Below are positions 63,130-64,000 of a DNA stretch of 64,000 nucleotides, in pieces. Source of the DNA: Zootoca vivipara (taxonomy: Eukaryota); assembly GCF_963506605.1 (NCBI RefSeq), contig NC_083286.1:39122001-39186000 (forward strand), given 5' to 3'. Numbering within the stretch: position 1 is the stretch's first letter; each line of letters opens with the position of its first letter. Made by a program: the position numbers and the translations under genes. The notes beneath the pieces are model-generated. The model was not told the DNA's origin. It searched no databases and saw nothing but the letters and a program-made list of their open reading frames with translations.

Positions 63130-64000
63130 TATTTTAGAAACTTGGTTGCCTACTATTACATTCTGATCCATGTATAGATCTCGTCATTTGATAAGACTCC
63201 GAGATAGTCCATTTCATCACGGTTAACTAATGTGAAGGGGCATCATGTGATTGCTAATCAATGTGAACACATTCCTGGCCTCACCCCCAACATGGGGAAT
63301 GCTGTCTGGGCCCACCTACAGTCTTTGCATGTCCCTGAGTAGGAAAGAAGCCTACATAAAAGCAGTGTGGTCATCTGTAGGCCAGGCCAGGCACACACAC
63401 ACCGTCAGTAATGGATGAAGAGGATGAAGAAAGTGCCACATCTGGAGCATACATGCAAAGCCCACTTTAATGGTACCTGTGAACTGTCTCATTCTGTTCT
63501 GGTTTCAGCTGTTTGGGGGGGATTTATACAATCCAGGAAGTATTTTTAGCATGGAACGCAGAGTAAAAAATACATTTTGAATGGAGATCATGAGAATTCA
63601 AAAGGGCAGAAGTGAAAAAACAAAGAGTGGACTACTAAGGAAGGGCATTTCCACATGAATATATTTCCACAATTAGCTACAACTTTCTTGTGAAAATGCA
63701 AGCTTTGACCGCTCAAGATTGCACCCCAATGCTCTTCTCTTTTGTCTGGCAACTTACAGTATTTAAAAAATGGAAAGTCCTCATATTTATAGTGGTATTA
63801 TGTCATAGTATGAGTGGAACGTTACATTGAAAAAGTATTTCCAAAACGATGGAGATAGGTCACTTCATGGTGATTTTACCACATCCATGATTAAGTCTAA
63901 GTTGTCCAGGGAAGCCACAGGTGGCATCCAACAAAATGATTACACAAACAGAGCAACTTATGATAATGCAATGCAAATTCTTCCCTCTCCCCGCTGTACT

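Overview
Vertebrate genomic DNA, almost certainly a squamate and probably a lacertid lizard. The evidence is Sauria SINEs, Bov-B RTE, CR1, L2, Rex1/Babar, non-mammalian L1, Penelope ends and many Tc1/mariner and hAT MITEs. There is one assembly gap (30110-30261). I recognise no intact host protein-coding gene, and most ORFs in the track are spurious or TE-derived. Five observations stand out. (1) A chain of splice-site-bounded, coding-like blocks on the minus strand from about 26.2 kb to 8.6 kb, with scattered premature stops and TE insertions, i.e. a candidate decayed (unitary pseudo)gene that I cannot name. (2) A 90-bp hAT MITE at the centre of a perfect 122-bp inverted duplication rather than a target-site duplication (46449-46782), suggesting alternative transposition. 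(3) A core-intact minimal hammerhead ribozyme in a 142-bp TSD-flanked Penelope-type insertion (37235-37376), plus two decayed copies. (4) A Sauria SINE with a 5' inversion bearing twin-priming hallmarks (27492-27817). (5) An array of five covarying hairpins inside an LTR-like element (3233-3361). Family names come from sequence recognition only; no database search was run.
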